From Reclinomonas americana ATCC 50394 (Eukaryota): a DNA stretch of 64,000 bases. The position numbers and the translations under genes are program-made. Each line of letters starts with the position of its first letter. The stretch's first letter is position 1. The notes below the pieces were generated by a model. It was not told the DNA's origin. It was given only the letters and a program-made list of their open reading frames with translations, and did not search any database. Positions 18,384 through 32,152 of the stretch are shown here, piece after piece. Location of the stretch: contig PS015020.1 in assembly GCA_048213135.1 (NCBI GenBank), positions 268,430-332,429 on the forward strand, read 5' to 3'.

Positions 18384-20444
18384 ATGCGCATCTCTCTCCT
18401 CCTCGCCTTCCTTGTCCTCGCCGCCACCACCCTGGTGTGCGTGCGTGCCGACCTGATCGGCATCGAGGGCCGCTGCGTGCCCGACGACATCATCTGCACC
18501 TCGCTGCCTCTGATGCTGTGGGTGAGTGAGAAGTGAGCGACATGTGTGCGCCATGTCTCACACACACTTTTGTGCAGCACTTTGATGGTGTCGAGCGCAA
18601 GGACATTGTGCAAGTCGTCGTTGGTCGCCCTCCGCACGGTCACGCACACTCTCTCTGTCACACACACACGCGCGTGACCACTTGCTCACTCTTCTTCTTC
18701 TTCTCACACAGATCAACTGCAGCTCAAGCGGTTCCACACGTATGACTCTCACCGCAACTACTACTTCCTCGCGATGTTGCAAGGCGGAGGAGTGCCTGAT
18801 GTTGCGTGCATTGACAGGATATCGATCACATTTATGATGAATTTCTCCGTGTTTTCTTGACATAAAGTGCGACTTCTTTAGTTGACGTTGTACACGGTCG
18901 ATGTGATGAACAAGAAGCTGTTGTACACGTACTCGGTCAACGATACGGTGTTGCAGTTGGACCTCTTTGCGGGCATGCAGTTTGTTGCGTTTTTTGTTAT
19001 TGCTCGATTGGCTTGTTTTTGTGTTGTCTCGTGCCTCTCTCGCGCTCTTTCGCTGGGCTAGTGTGTGAGTGTGTTTGTGTCTTGTGCGCTGACTGTATCT
19101 CTTTGCAGCATGAGGCCTCTTGCTGTGGCTTTGCTGTTCTTTCTTGTCTCTCCCTCCTCTCTCTCTCTCTCTGCCTCTCTCTGCCTCTCTCTCACTTTCC
19201 GTCTTCGTCTCTGTTACTGTCTTGTACACTTGCTGCAACTGCTCCTCATTTCTCCGAGCTGAAAGGAGACGTGCTTTTCCTCGTTCTCGTTTGCACACTC
19301 ACACTTCCTTGCTCTCTGTCTTCTGTCTTTCTCTGTCTTGTACGCTCGCCACAACTAGTCTTCATTTTTCCGAGCTGGGTTTTTAATGTGCGCTACTCTT
19401 ACTCTTTCACACACTCTGTTTCTCTCTGTTATTCCTCTTTGCCGTTGCTCAGCGTTTCTCTGCCTGATGCACTTGCTGCAAATGTATTTCTACATGCATC
19501 ATGCAAGCTCTCTTCTCACTTCCTCTTCTCCCGCCCCCTCCCCCTCCCCCTCTCCCTCCCCTCTCCCCTTCGCGCCTCCCCCACAGGACCAGCAAACGGG
19601 CACGCTGTTCGGCGTGTTCGGCTCGCACCTCGCCGCCCTCAACTACACCAACGGCGCCGTGTCTGACCTCGGCGCCATGTGGGGCGACAACTACCGCCTG
19701 TTCCCGCAGGTGTCGTCGTTCGACTCGGCCACCGGTCGCATCTTTGTGTCGGTGAACGACGAGTCCAATGACCAGAAGAAGATCGCCACGTACAACACGC
19801 GCACGCACCAGTTCACGCTGTCGAATGAGGTGCTGCACGAGGGCCTCGTCAAGAACGAGATTCAGTACATGGTTTGTTGGTGCAGATGTTCTCTTGCGTG
19901 TGAGTGTGTGTGTGATGGAGTGTGGTGTCTCACCGCCAACTGCAGCTGTGGGACGGCAGCAGCTTGGTCGGCCTTGCGGACAGGTGCCGCATCTTGTTCT
20001 GTGGTGTGTGTTGTGCGTTGTGCTCACACGATCTGCCAATGCAGCTTCGCTTACGCCTCCATTTTCGAGATCACCTCGCCCGAGCAGAGTTGCGTGTCGC
20101 TCTCCGCTCTCTCCCTTCTTTGTCCTCGCTCTCATCACTCTCCTTTCCCCATCGCAGGCCAGTGGAAGTTCCTGATGACCTCGCGCGAGGCGGCCATGAT
20201 GACCTACGACGTGCTCGACCGCGTCAAGTCGTACGGCGACCTGATCGCGTGGGAGGAGCGCGACGGCCACACCGGCCTCCTCGTCAACCTCGTCGACAAG
20301 TCCGACCCCGACAACCCAACCACCGTCATTACTCGCTTCGACCTCAAGCGCAAGTTCTTCTACGACACCGACACGCTCTCGGAGGACGCCACCAGCTACG
20401 TCTACATCTCCCCAGCCACAGGCGACCGCATCGGTCGCGTCTAA
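18384..20444 (+). CDS. Secreted protein of unknown function, probably beta-propeller-like, multi-exon
   Basis: Signal peptide MRISLLLAFLVLAATTLVCVRA; coding-like exons rich in short beta-strand patterns (STYDSHRNYYF, VSSFDSATGRIFV); ends TAA at 20444. Confidence 0.65.
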
Positions 20445-20510
20445 AACGCACGACTGCTGCGACGCGAGTGTTCACATGAGTGAACGGATCATTGAATCAA
20501 CAAATCAATC

Positions 20511-22592
20511 ATGACATCGCGCGCACAGACCGCCTTCTATGTCTCTGCGACCCTCTGCACCATCTTTGGTGAATGCATACACACGCACACGCACACGCAC
20601 ATGCACACACACACTTACTCTCTCTCTCTCTCTCTCTCTGTGTGTCATGTAGGGTTGATTGACCTGTTTGCGGCCGACTTTGCTGTGCAAATGTGGTTCG
20701 GCTTTGCTCCGGAGAAGAGTCCGCATGTGGTGGCGTTGACCAAGGCGTTGGGTGCGGCGCTCTTGGCGCAGGCCGCACTGAGTTGCAATGCAACGCCCAC
20801 TGTCAAGTCGGTGGTGGTGAGTGTGTGTGTGTGCTCAAAAGAGAGAGAGAGTGTGTGTGTGTGAGTGTGTGTGTGAGAGAGAGATGCATTTGTGATGACG
20901 AAATGCTGCATGATTTTCCGGTCTTGCATCATGATTCGATCGCTTTCTCTCTTATCGCTCTCCTCCCAACAGTAATAGCATCGCGTACTGCTTCCTCATT
21001 TCTTCACTGCTTTCTCTCTTGTCTCACTCTTATCGCTCTCTCTGTCTCGCACTTCTTCGTCTCTTCGCTCTCCTCTTATCGTCATTCTGTCTCTCTTCAC
21101 AGCAATGGAATCGTTTCTCTCTCTCGCACATTTTCTTTTCTCGCTCCGTGCTTGCTGGGCGTCGTCGCAAGCGTGTCTGTTCGTTTGCGTTCTGTCTCTA
21201 TCGCTCCCTCTTCACTGCGTTCTTACTCTTCACATACATTATGCTCCTGTCTCTCTCTCTCCCCTTGACCCTCTTCTTCCCACATTTCTTGACGACAGTG
21301 AAAGCGTCACGGAAGTCTGTTCTCCGCTCTGCGTGCCTCTCTTCTCTTTCACATACATTTCGTTTCTCACTCCGCATGTGTCTGTTAACTCTTTCTCTTC
21401 TCCGTTCTCACCTTTCCCGTTCACAGCTCTCTCCTCTTCTCTCTAGATCTCTTGCTCTCTTCGCGACAGTAATAGCGTCAGGAGCTGCTTTCTTTTCATT
21501 TCTCAGTCACTATCTCCCAAGCATTCTCGGTTTTCACGGTGTCTCTACTCTCTGCTGGCTGTTGATTTTCGTGTCTCTTCTCCTTCGCCTTCGTCACTCT
21601 CTTCACTCACCTTCTCTCTTACCCTTCGTCTCCTTTCCCTCATGCTGACCGCCGTGCCTGCAGAGCGGCGGCATCGCATCGTTGATCGGAGCTGCCGCTT
21701 CGCTTTGTTTTGCTTTCTCCAGCCACTTCAAGATGGTTCGTGGTAGACATGTTTGTGTGTCGCCTGCTTGTTCCTCCCGCGTGGAATAATCGTCGCTGCG
21801 ATGCAGGGACCTGTGGCGTACGTGGGTGCTGCCGGCTTTGCCGGCGTCGGCCTCGCCCTTCTCTCTAGCGTCGGTAGGCTTCCTGGTTCTCCACCCTTCT
21901 CCCCCACGTATTCCTGCTTATCTTGCCCCCACCCGCAGGCGCCGTGTCCAATGCCCCGCTGCCGGCTGCGTCGTTCAAGCCCGCCTCGACCCTCATTCGT
22001 CGCATCGTGGCGCTCTTCAGCATCCTGGCGTTCATCAGTGGCGTCACCAGCCTCGTGTCGTCGCCCGAGTCGTTGTTCACCAGCTTGTTCTCGTCGGTGC
22101 CGTCGGTCGAGGAATCCGGCGTTGTCGTTGTCATTCTGCGGTGCGTGTGTTCTTTTGTGCAACCTGCAGGAGTGCTTGTCACCACGAGACTCATCGTGGG
22201 AAGTGCAGCGCGGGCGCTTTGGCTACCATGGCGTGGAGTCTGATGTTGGCGTACGTGCCGTTGACCCCGCGTCTGAAGCGTGGCATTGTCATCGGCCAGC
22301 TGTTGGTGGCCGCTCAGATGGCGTTGCGTTGCCGCCAACCCAGTGCGCTTCGTCTCTTTCGTTAAACTCACAGATCCACGTTACTTGTGTTGTATGTACA
22401 GCTTGGTGGTGATCGGTGGTCACTCGGTCTTCCACTCGGCGTCGCAGATTGGATGGGCGGTAAGTGCCTTGTCGCCCACGCCGCGTGTCGCAAAAAACAC
22501 GCTGCTGACATGCGCAACAGATCGTCCACGCGCTGTTTGGCCTCGTTGTGCTGTACATGGGCCCGAAGGACGCTCGCGAGAACATGGACTAA
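20511..22592 (+). CDS. Multi-pass membrane protein of unknown function, multi-exon
   Basis: Successive hydrophobic exons (AFYVSATLCTIF|GLIDLF, VALTKALGAALLAQAAL, IVALFSILAFISGVTSLV, GIVIGQLLVAAQM, IVHALFGLVVLYMG) ending ...ARENMD-TAA. Confidence 0.65.
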
Positions 22593-22724
22593 CTCTCTCG
22601 CTCGCTCGCTCCTCCCTCCTTCTCTTCTCTCTGTCCAGCAACTCTTGAAGTTTGCGCTGCACCCACACTCCCTTTCCGTTGCAGCGCAAAAAAATCTGGT
22701 AAAATCAGTTGCATTCCTCACACA

Positions 22725-25700
22725 TCAGAAGCGCGTGATACTTGTTTTCCCACTCTCCGCCACCGTCACGCGCGGTGGTCTTATCCGCGGCGACAGCTCC
22801 GGACTCAGCGCACCATTCGGTGACAAGGAATCGACAGTCGACGGTGTCGGCGCGAGAGACACACGCTGCGGCGAGGCACGACCCGGCGACACGCCGCCTG
22901 CACTTCCCACGCGTAGCCTCCTCGCCGCAAGCCCACCGCCAGTGCCGCCAGCACTACCGGGAATCGACAAGCGCGGGACCACTGCACTGCCGGCGCGTGG
23001 TCTCTGTGGTTGTGCGTCTGACGGAAGCAGCAGGCGTGGGATATCGGCGCTGGCCACTCGACTCCGGTCGCGCTGCGCTGGTGGACCATCGACGCCGCGA
23101 GCGCCTCGCGTCGCCAGTGGAGGAGTCAGCATGCCTGGCGGAGATGAGATGAGAAAAGGAAGAAGAGTTGATGGAGAGGGATACCACGTCCACACTCACC
23201 AGTCGAGTCGAGCGCCGAATCTCCACCACCCGTATCCATCGACGTAAACATGGACGGCAGCGTTCCATAAAAGGAGACGCGCGAAGCACGACGTGCCGAC
23301 CGTGGTGACAGCGAGCCCATCAACCCCGACATGCGGATCGCCTGCTGCGCCGACGCAATGGCCACGTCGACACTGCACAAATCTACACGATTGCGAGGTC
23401 GTCAGCACATTGACATGCGGCGATGCACGATCTGCTGCAGTGAGCAACAGCACGCAACAAGCTCGCAGTTCCTGCTTTTGTCGCACAAACTCGCGAGCCA
23501 GATCTTCACTGCGCTTCATCGCTGTGTTGCACTCCTCCAGCACATCACGCTGCGGCTCAAACTGCGTGCGCCAGAACTTTTCGATCGAAGACAGCTGTGG
23601 AGAGAGAGGAGAGAGAATATGGTGAGGCAGGCAGTCATCTACAACTCCGCTCTCTGCACACACACACCTTTCTCTTTGGCGGCTTGCGGAACTTGGCGGC
23701 ACTCATCGTGCGCACAATCTGCCGTAACCTCTTCGCGTCTCTCCTGCTCGCCTCCTTCCAGTTCTCGCGCACATACGACATGACGCTCTCGACCACTGCG
23801 CGAGGGCGGGCAAGCATGAGGTCAGACGAACGACAAAGTGTGCTGATGGAATGCATTCCGTGATGTACCATCGGGCGCCGTGGTGATATTAAAGTCGGTG
23901 GCGTCCAAGTAGCTCCAATCGTCCGGTGGAATGGTGCTGTCGCGCGACCGCACCTCATCCGACGAAATCGGCGACATGAATCCGGAGGGTGGGTGGACAC
24001 GCGAGGCGCTGCGTGAGAGACCCAGTGACGGCGACGCCATGCCACCAGTCGCCAGGAAGTCGGTACCCGTGAACGACATGACACTGATGGCGCCGCGCGT
24101 GGCCTGTGCACGGGACAGTTAACTTGAGTGTGTGTGTGGAGGGAAAGAGAAAGAGAGCAAAGGAAAGCGTACCGCGGCAACTGGAGAACTGATACCAGGG
24201 AGCAACAGGGGAGGCATGTCGAGTTCCGAACACACATTGTCGCAGCTGTCGCAATGTCGCACAGTCAGACAACCACCATTAGTATGTCGAGGCGGTGACA
24301 GGACGCAACAAATGCTGCTCTGCGTACGCGCGGAAAGTACTTGGTCCGGCATTCGTGCGCCCATAACCCATGCCCGACCACGTGTGCACACCGCACGAGT
24401 GAAAGTACTCGGTTCTCCCGCATTGCTGCGTGAGCAATGTTAGCCACAAAGTAACGGAAAGCTACTCGTGCGTGGGGACTCACATTGTACGGTACCACCA
24501 GCAGCGATTTTTTCGACGTCTCAAACGTAAAGTGCACGAATCCATCCAAATTCTGCGTTCGCTGGCGCAACACATCATACTCGTCCTGCGATTCATGCAC
24601 CTCCCCCAGCACCGCCAACACCTCCTCCAGCAGTTCTCGATTGTCGTCAATCTCCTGCACGGGGGGGCACGGTGAGTGTGCAGGCACCATGAATGGTGTG
24701 CGGCAGTAAACGCACAAACTGCTCCTGGTGCCACCACTCGGGCATAAAGGGCTCCACGATGCACAGCGGTCTCTCCTCGCGATCCACCAACTCCCACACG
24801 CACGCCTCGAGAATGTGCACCTGTCGCCCAGCACTGCTGATGAGAATCGTAGGGACGAGAGTGAGAGCAGCCTTTGTCTCTCTCTCTCACCGAGTACTGC
24901 GGCTGCGACAGCGCTGCGTTGAACACGCGCGAGTAATACACTCCCAGTGCGCGTTCCTTGGCCTCCTCAAAGTACGCCTCCCGGTCAACGAATCCGTACC
25001 CATCGTGTGTGCCCTGTCAAAAAAGAGAGTAAGCGCTGTGTTCCTGTGCAACTCTGCATGCTCCCACTTCTCACACCATGTCCACACTGGGTGCCTGATG
25101 CATCGTGTCCTCCTTTGTGGGTGTAGCTTCCACTGTCACTCTCTTCCCTCTGGAAGAGGCAGGTGTTCGCTGCCGCGCCCGCTGCTGCGCCGCCAGTGCC
25201 TCCGCCATGAGCATCATGGTTTCCTCGTCCTCCTCCTCCTCTGTTTGTTGCCCTTGCCCGCTCGCTCCGCCCACATTCAGTCCTCTCTCGAACCGCAGCG
25301 GAGGGAAGCCGCGGAAGCTGAACATTTTGGCCACGAACAGCGAGCGACCACTGCCACTGCATGGGTGATGGGAAGGGGAGAGTGAGTGAGGGGAAAGGAA
25401 GAAGGGGGAGCACAAACGCGAAAGCAAGTTGACAGAAAGCAGACAGACACACACACACACACACCACAGAAATGCGAAGGTAACTCGAAGCGACAAATAT
25501 CACAGACAGACACATACACGCGTGCTAATTTGCAGACAATCATGCCCATCTCACGTACACAGCTGCACGCAATCCGACTATACGACCACACGAAGGCTAT
25601 CTTGCAGGGAGACGCACACACGAAAGTCAACTCAAGAAAACACACAAATATCGTATTCGCGTACATACGAATGCCAACTTGCAGACAACCATGCTCATCT

Positions 25701-26613
25701 CACGCACGCATCTGCAAGCTATCTCACGACACAATCACATATCTCGCAGGGTACAAACCGATCCCATGCACCACGGACAGACAGATACACACGTACAAAG
25801 GCATGCTAACATCACAAGGCACACATCCGCACGCTGTCTCACAATACAACCACATGGAAGCTATCTCGCAAGAAAGCCAACTCTCTAAGGCGCACAAACA
25901 CAAGTATTGCACGACAGACATCACAGACTTGGCACACGTACCTCGCCACTGTCTCCTGCCGCTTGAATTTGTACAACGAGGCATCGGAGGTGGCAGGCAC
26001 TGGTGGCGTCGGTGTGTCACTGGAGCACAGGTACGCCGCGCGACGTTGGCCGACTGCCAGCGGATCACCAATGATCCGAACATCCAACTGCAGCGGGAGG
26101 CATGAGAGCGAAGAAAAGGAAAGGAACAGTGAACTGCGATCCTCTTCTCCAACACAGCGAGCCGATCCATATCTTCCGAAGCTCACACGGGCGGAGCAGT
26201 GATGCAATCTCTATCTGGTCTTTCCATCTTGTCGCTCAACTCACCGTGTGCTTCGTCGCTCTATCCGCTTCTGCCATTCACATTGCCTCCCTGTCCACAC
26301 CATCTGCATCGTCTGCATTCCACTTTTCCTCTTCCCTTTCTTTCTCTTCCCTCCATATGCTTCGTCTTTCTTCCACCGCTTCGCTCGTTCTCATTGTGGG
26401 GCTTCTCTCCTATACGTTTTTCGCCACTGACAAATGAATGCTTCGTCACACCCTCTTCTCACCTCCTTTCATATTCTCTCTCTCCTTCTCCACCAATTCT
26501 TCCTTCCTCCTTTCTTTTCCTTCCCTTCCCTTCCCTTCCCTTCTTCTCTCTATCTCACTGTGCTATCTGTTCTTCTTCACTGCATGCTTCGTCACGCCCC
26601 TCTCCTCCTCGTC

Positions 26614-26644
<31 letters not shown>

Positions 26645-26830
26645 ACTTTCTCTCTCTCTCCCTCTCCACTAATTCTTCCTTCCTCCTTTCTTTCCCTTCC
26701 CTTCCCTTCCCTCCCTTCTCTCCCTTCTTCCACTCACCGTATGCTTCGTCCACGTTCCACTCTCTGGTACATACTCGTATCGTCGCACACGTTCCGATCG
26801 CACCGCCGACCAGTCAATGTCGAGATCCAC
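22725..26830 (-). CDS. Alpha-kinase (eEF2K/MHCK family) domain with degenerate catalytic motifs plus C-terminal coiled coil; 5' end lost toward the gap
   Basis: VRIIGDPLAVGQRRAAY, LFVAKMF, REAYFEEAKERALGVYYSRVFNA, PLCIVEPFM, FVHFTFETSKKSLLVVPYN, VHTWSGMGYGRTNAG, HF|CDNVC (Zn-binding HxCxxxC). Confidence 0.8.
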
Positions 26831-26903
26831 TGTGTGAGAGGGAGAAGGTGAGGAAGATCATCGCGAGAGACTCTCACTGTTGCATCAATGATCGCAGTGT
26901 TTT

Positions 26904-27090
<187 letters not shown>

Positions 27091-27812
27091 NNNNNNNNNN
27101 NNNNNNNNNNNNNNNNNNNNNNNNNNNNNNNNNNNNNNNNNNNNNNNNNNNNNNNNNNNNNNNNNNNNNNNNNNNNNNNNNNNNNNNNNNNNNNNNNNNN
27201 NNNNNNNNNNNNNNNNNNNNNNNNNNNNNNNNNNNNNNNNNNNNNNNNNNNNNNNNNNNNNNNNNNNNNNNNNNNNNNNNNNNNNNNNNNNNNNNNNNNN
27301 NNNNNNNNNNNNNNNNNNNNNNNNNNNNNNNNNNNNNNNNNNNNNNNNNNNNNNNNNNNNNNNNNNNNNNNNNNNNNNNNNNNNNNNNNNNNNNNNNNNN
27401 NNNNNNNNNNNNNNNNNNNNNNNNNNNNNNNNNNNNNNNNNNNNNNNNNNNNNNNNNNNNNNNNNNNNNNNNNNNNNNNNNNNNNNNNNNNNNNNNNNNN
27501 NNNNNNNNNNNNNNNNNNNNNNNNNNNNNNNNNNNNNNNNNNNNNNNNNNNNNNNNNNNNNNNNNNNNNNNNNNNNNNNNNNNNNNNNNNNNNNNNNNNN
27601 NNNNNNNNNNNNNNNNNNNNNNNNNNNNNNNNNNNNNNNNNNNNNNNNNNNNNNNNNNNNNNNNNNNNNNNNNNNNNNNNNNNNNNNNNNNNNNNNNNNN
27701 AGTCGTAGGTAGGAGGGAAGGGAAGGTAGGAGGTAACGTAGTACTACTACGTCGACGTACGTACGTACTCTACTCGTTCGTCTACTACTACTAGTACTCG
27801 TCGTCGTCGTTC

Positions 27813-27869
<57 letters not shown>

Positions 27870-27958
27870 ACTCTCTGTGCGATTGGAGTTGCATCTGATC
27901 TGCGATCGTTTTTCGATTGGTTAACTCAATCACAAACACACTCTTCTCTCTCTCCTCC

Positions 27959-28004
<46 letters not shown>

Positions 28005-28019
28005 TCTCTCTTGCACAGA

Positions 28020-28117
28020 ACACAACCAACGGTCACCCGTCCAACAACACCAACAACTCACACTCATACTCCGCTCCACCCGCAAAGCACACCGTCGACA
28101 TTGCTCACCCACAATAA
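28020..28117 (+). CDS. Orphan terminal exon of a gene whose upstream part is missing
   Basis: Pyrimidine tract + CAG acceptor, then NTTNGHPSNNTNNSHSYSAPPAKHTVDIAHPQ-TAA, directly downstream of the gap. Confidence 0.35.
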
Positions 28118-28730
28118 ACAAGCAATCACACACACAAACAACACACAAAGAGAAAGACAGAAAGAGAGAGGCGCGCGGACAAATCAATCAATCACGTCAT
28201 GTGTTCGGAGCCTTCCAGACAAGGCAGTTTGTGTGGGAGAAAGATGGCAGCTGCGTTTCTCTTGTCACACATGTATGCCACAGAGAGTGTGTGTGTGAGA
28301 GGAAGAGAGAGGTTGATTGAGTGTCTCAGCGCTCTGCAGTCTACAAGACAACTGCTGATAACGCACACATGCATGCACACTGAGAGAGAGAGAGAGAGAG
28401 AGAGAGCAAGAGAGCAACAGAGAGCATGAGAGAGAGAGAGAGAGCACCAGAGAGCATGAGAGAGAAGAGGCTGGGTGTGTGTGAGAGAGATTGAGAGAGA
28501 GTCAAGGTCGGATGCAGCATATCATGACTCTCTCTTGTCTCTCTCTCCCTCTCTCTCACTCCCTCTCTCTCTCACCCCCCTCCTCTCTCTCTCATGCACA
28601 CTCACTCACTCACACACTCTACATCATCCATCACGCACCAATCAATGATACATATTTTCCCGCGCTCTTTCCTTCCCATCTCCCCTCACCCCCATCTCTC
28701 TCTCTCTCTCCCTCTCTCTCACACACACAG

Positions 28731-31244
28731 GCCAGCGAGCTCGTTGCTGTGCATCACTCAGAGGTGCCTGTTCGCCCCCACCGCCAGCCCTCGTGTTGTT
28801 CGATGTTCTTCCAGCATTTCGTGCGGAGTGGCTGGTACATTGCGCATACAAAGGTGCGGTGGGAGGTGGTCGAGTGCGAGGCCGGGCAGTCGCTGGTGCT
28901 GCATATTGGAGAGCCGCGTGGGGTTGCGTGTGGGTGCACGCCATTGGAGGTGAGAGTGGGGAGGGGATGAGAAGGGCAAACTGTTAACTCGCTCCCTGAC
29001 TTAACTCTGCTGTTCTCTACTCTCCTTCTCGACTCTTCTTCGTTGCAGGCAGTCTCTTCACTCTCACTCCCCCTCTCCCTCTCCCTCTTCTTCCCTCTCT
29101 CTCCGTCTGTCATGCCAACAGTGTTGGAGGCACGCAGACTGCTGTCTTATCTGTGTAGCCTCTTCTTTTCTCTGATCTTGCATCATGTCGTCTCCTTCTC
29201 GACTCTTCTCTTTCTCTTCCCTGCAGCCACCAATGCCGTCTCTTCACTCTCAGCCCCTCCATCTCCTGCTCTCTTCTCTCTCTCCTTCTGTCAAGTCAAC
29301 AGTGGTGGAGGCAAACATGCTGCTGGCCTATCTGTGCAGCCTCTTCTCTCTTCTCCTCTCACTCAACTTCTGCTCCTCACTCAGTGCGTCATCCCATGAA
29401 TCGTCCGTGCTTCGCGTTTCTTCATTTCACTCTCACTCCCCCTCCCTCTTCCTTCTCCTCCTCCCTTCCTCTTTCTCCTCCTTTCCCTTATTCTCCTCCT
29501 TCCCCTTCAACTCACCCTTCCCCTCTCCCGCCCTTCCACAGATCTCCCTCTCCCTCCTGTGCCCTCTGTGCATCGCCCCCTGTGTGTGCATCCGCGAAAC
29601 GCGACACTCGTGGTGCCCTCGGTTCGCCTCCACGCGCGTGGCACACCCGAACAAAGCCAGTGGATGCTGCTACTGTTGTGGGTGCCTGTTTAGCAACTGT
29701 CACTGTTGTGTGCCCGACAATACGGGGGTGTCGTCGTCGTCGTCGCCATCAGCTTCCGGGATGGCGGCGGCGGCAGCGGCATCTGGTTCAGCGGGGGCGG
29801 CGGCGGCGGGTGAGAAAGGCAGGGGTGGGGGTGGTTGTATGGGTCGGGGGGCAGTGGCGGTGTTGGACCATCACGGTGGACATGGTGCGGACTATCGGCC
29901 GTCTAGACCGGCGCGTCAGCGTGTCAGTGTGTCGACGGTGTACACGTCGGACCGCGAGGCGCGGTGGACTGTTTGGAAGCAGGACTTGCTTGCACGCGTG
30001 GCTACACCGCCACCAACTGGGCCGAGTTATCCGCGCAACTATCTGCGCGCTGTGTGGACCTCCATGGTGACCGCCTCGGCGGTGCCTGAACAGCAGCAGC
30101 CGCAGTTCCCGACCAATAATGGACAACCGACTCTTGCTCCCATGGGTTCGTCACACCGCCTGGTCGGTGCTGCGACACCGCAGGGAGCTACGGCGAATGG
30201 ACCGTTGTCTCCTCGTCTTCCGGCCACCTCTTCTGCCGCGCGCATTCCGTTCCACACGCACTCGCGGCACCAGACGCCGACGAGTGCCATCAACTCGCCG
30301 CGTGTCGGTCTCCCGGCCGCCTACCGCACCACGGTGATGCCGACGGCGGTGATGACGATTGAGGACATTGTGGATCTGACAGCGATGATGGAGGCAGAGG
30401 AGAATGGCACCACCAAGGCCACCGCCACCCCAGAGTTCTCCGAGGTGGCCTCGGTGAGCGCCACCGTATCGCGCAGTGTGCCGGTGTCACGAGCGGCCAC
30501 TCCGGAGAGTGTCGCCTTTTCTGACGCCGACGGCAAGGCCAGCGAATCGATGCTGGGAGCCCACATGTCTGTGTCCACCATCACCGCCGCGGCCGCTTCT
30601 GCTGCTCCCGCCGCCACCCCGGTCCCCGCTCCGCTGACCGTGTCTGCGTACGCGGCAGCCGCGCTTGCGGCGGTGAACACGGCGCCACTGCACAATTTGA
30701 ACGCGGCGACACCGCAGGAACCCATGTCGTCGCGCGTCACGGAGCTGCGATCGCAAGGCCGACTGCGTCGAGCCACGCAGCAACTGGAGCCTCAGTCATG
30801 CACGTTGGAGTTTGACGGTGACGGACACGTGCACATCCACATGCGACATGTGTCGCGTGGCTGCCTCGGCTGCTGCTCGAGTGGCCTGTGCTGCTCGACC
30901 GGCAACCTCGGATGCTGCTGTGCATGCTGCACTTCGACCGTGTACATTAGGGATGTGCGCGAGGCGGCCATGGAGTCCCGTGTGTGCGAGGCGCACGACG
31001 GACCGCACACGTTGCGTGCACGAGCTTGCTTTTCCCTTGCCTGTTGTCGATCATCACTCACCCGCTGACCCACAGCTGGTACCTGCACAAGTACCGCCTG
31101 CTTCTTCTCGACTACTCCAATCAGCGACACATTGTCTCGCAAGAGGTCAACTCGAAGGACAGCGTGCAAGCTCTGGCCCAACTCATCAACGACTTTCTCA
31201 AGACGGTGGCATCGCCACCGCACACCTCTCGCGAGCGGTACTGA
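28731..31244 (+). CDS. Cys-rich protein of unknown function with a long Ala/Pro/Thr/Ser-rich linker; start uncertain
   Basis: Exon 28731-28949, long exon ~29541-30979, last exon ending RERY-TGA; clusters such as GCCYCCGCLFSNCHCC and GCLGCCSSGLCC...GCCCACC. Confidence 0.6.
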
Positions 31245-31250
31245 GCGCGC

Positions 31251-32152
31251 TTATATTCTCTGCCGTTTCCTCTCCGGCTCCACGGCCTCAGCGCCATCAT
31301 CATCGTCAGCAGCAGCAACTGGCGGTGGTGGAGGTGGAGGTGGATAGGTCCACATTGGTGCCGGTTCCAGTCCGGGGGCCAGAGGCTCGCCGTCGTATGC
31401 AGACACTGGCGGCCACATTGGCACAACAGCAGCCGCACTGTACTCCACTGGCGCAGCAGCAGCAGCAGCCTCACTGGCGACTGCAGTCGTCGTTGTCGTC
31501 GTTGTCGATGAGGACGACGACTCTCCCTCCTCAACTCGCGGGCGTACTCGCCCATACGTGCGCGAGAACACCAACTCCCGTCGCCTGCGCAGCTTCTCTC
31601 GTGTCTCCTCCACGCTCTCCGCCTCAGGAGCGTACGACACGCGCAGGTAGCCACCGACGAATGGCGATTCATCCAACTTTAGCTTGGCTCGCCTGTTGTC
31701 TCGGAAGAAATGAACAACAGTTGTCTGTGAACGCGTGCCCTCATTGTGTCACACACCGAGCATCGTCCACATCAGTGAATGAGACGCGAAACGACTCTGT
31801 GAAGGCCTCGTCGTCGTCACTCGGAGGCAATCGCACATGCCTGCTTTCTGTATCAGTGACTCATTTGACTGTCAATGAGAGAGAGAGAGAGAGAGACGCA
31901 ACCCTGTGATCGTGCCAAAGGAGGCACACAATCGCAACAGATCGCTCTCCAGACGCAGAGCAGGCACGTTGCGAATGAGCAAATGACTGTGCAATCACAC
32001 ACAAGAGTCTAATCAGTCTCTCTTTCTCTTGTCATGCTCGATCGCAGTGTGTGTGTGTGTGTGCAGGCGCGCAACTTGGACTCTTGGTTGACGGTGTACA
32101 CCACCACTGCACGCTCACGTGGTGGCTCCTTGCGTCGACGCGGTCGAGACAT
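31251..32152 (-). CDS. RBM48: RNA-binding protein 48 (RRM; minor-spliceosome factor), 4 exons
   Basis: VYTVNQES...LLIRNVPA...FGTI...EAFTESFRVSF...AKLDESPFVGGYLRVSYAPEAESVEETREKL matches the RBM48 RRM pattern (VYTxNxES; YAPExExVEETRxKL). Confidence 0.85.
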
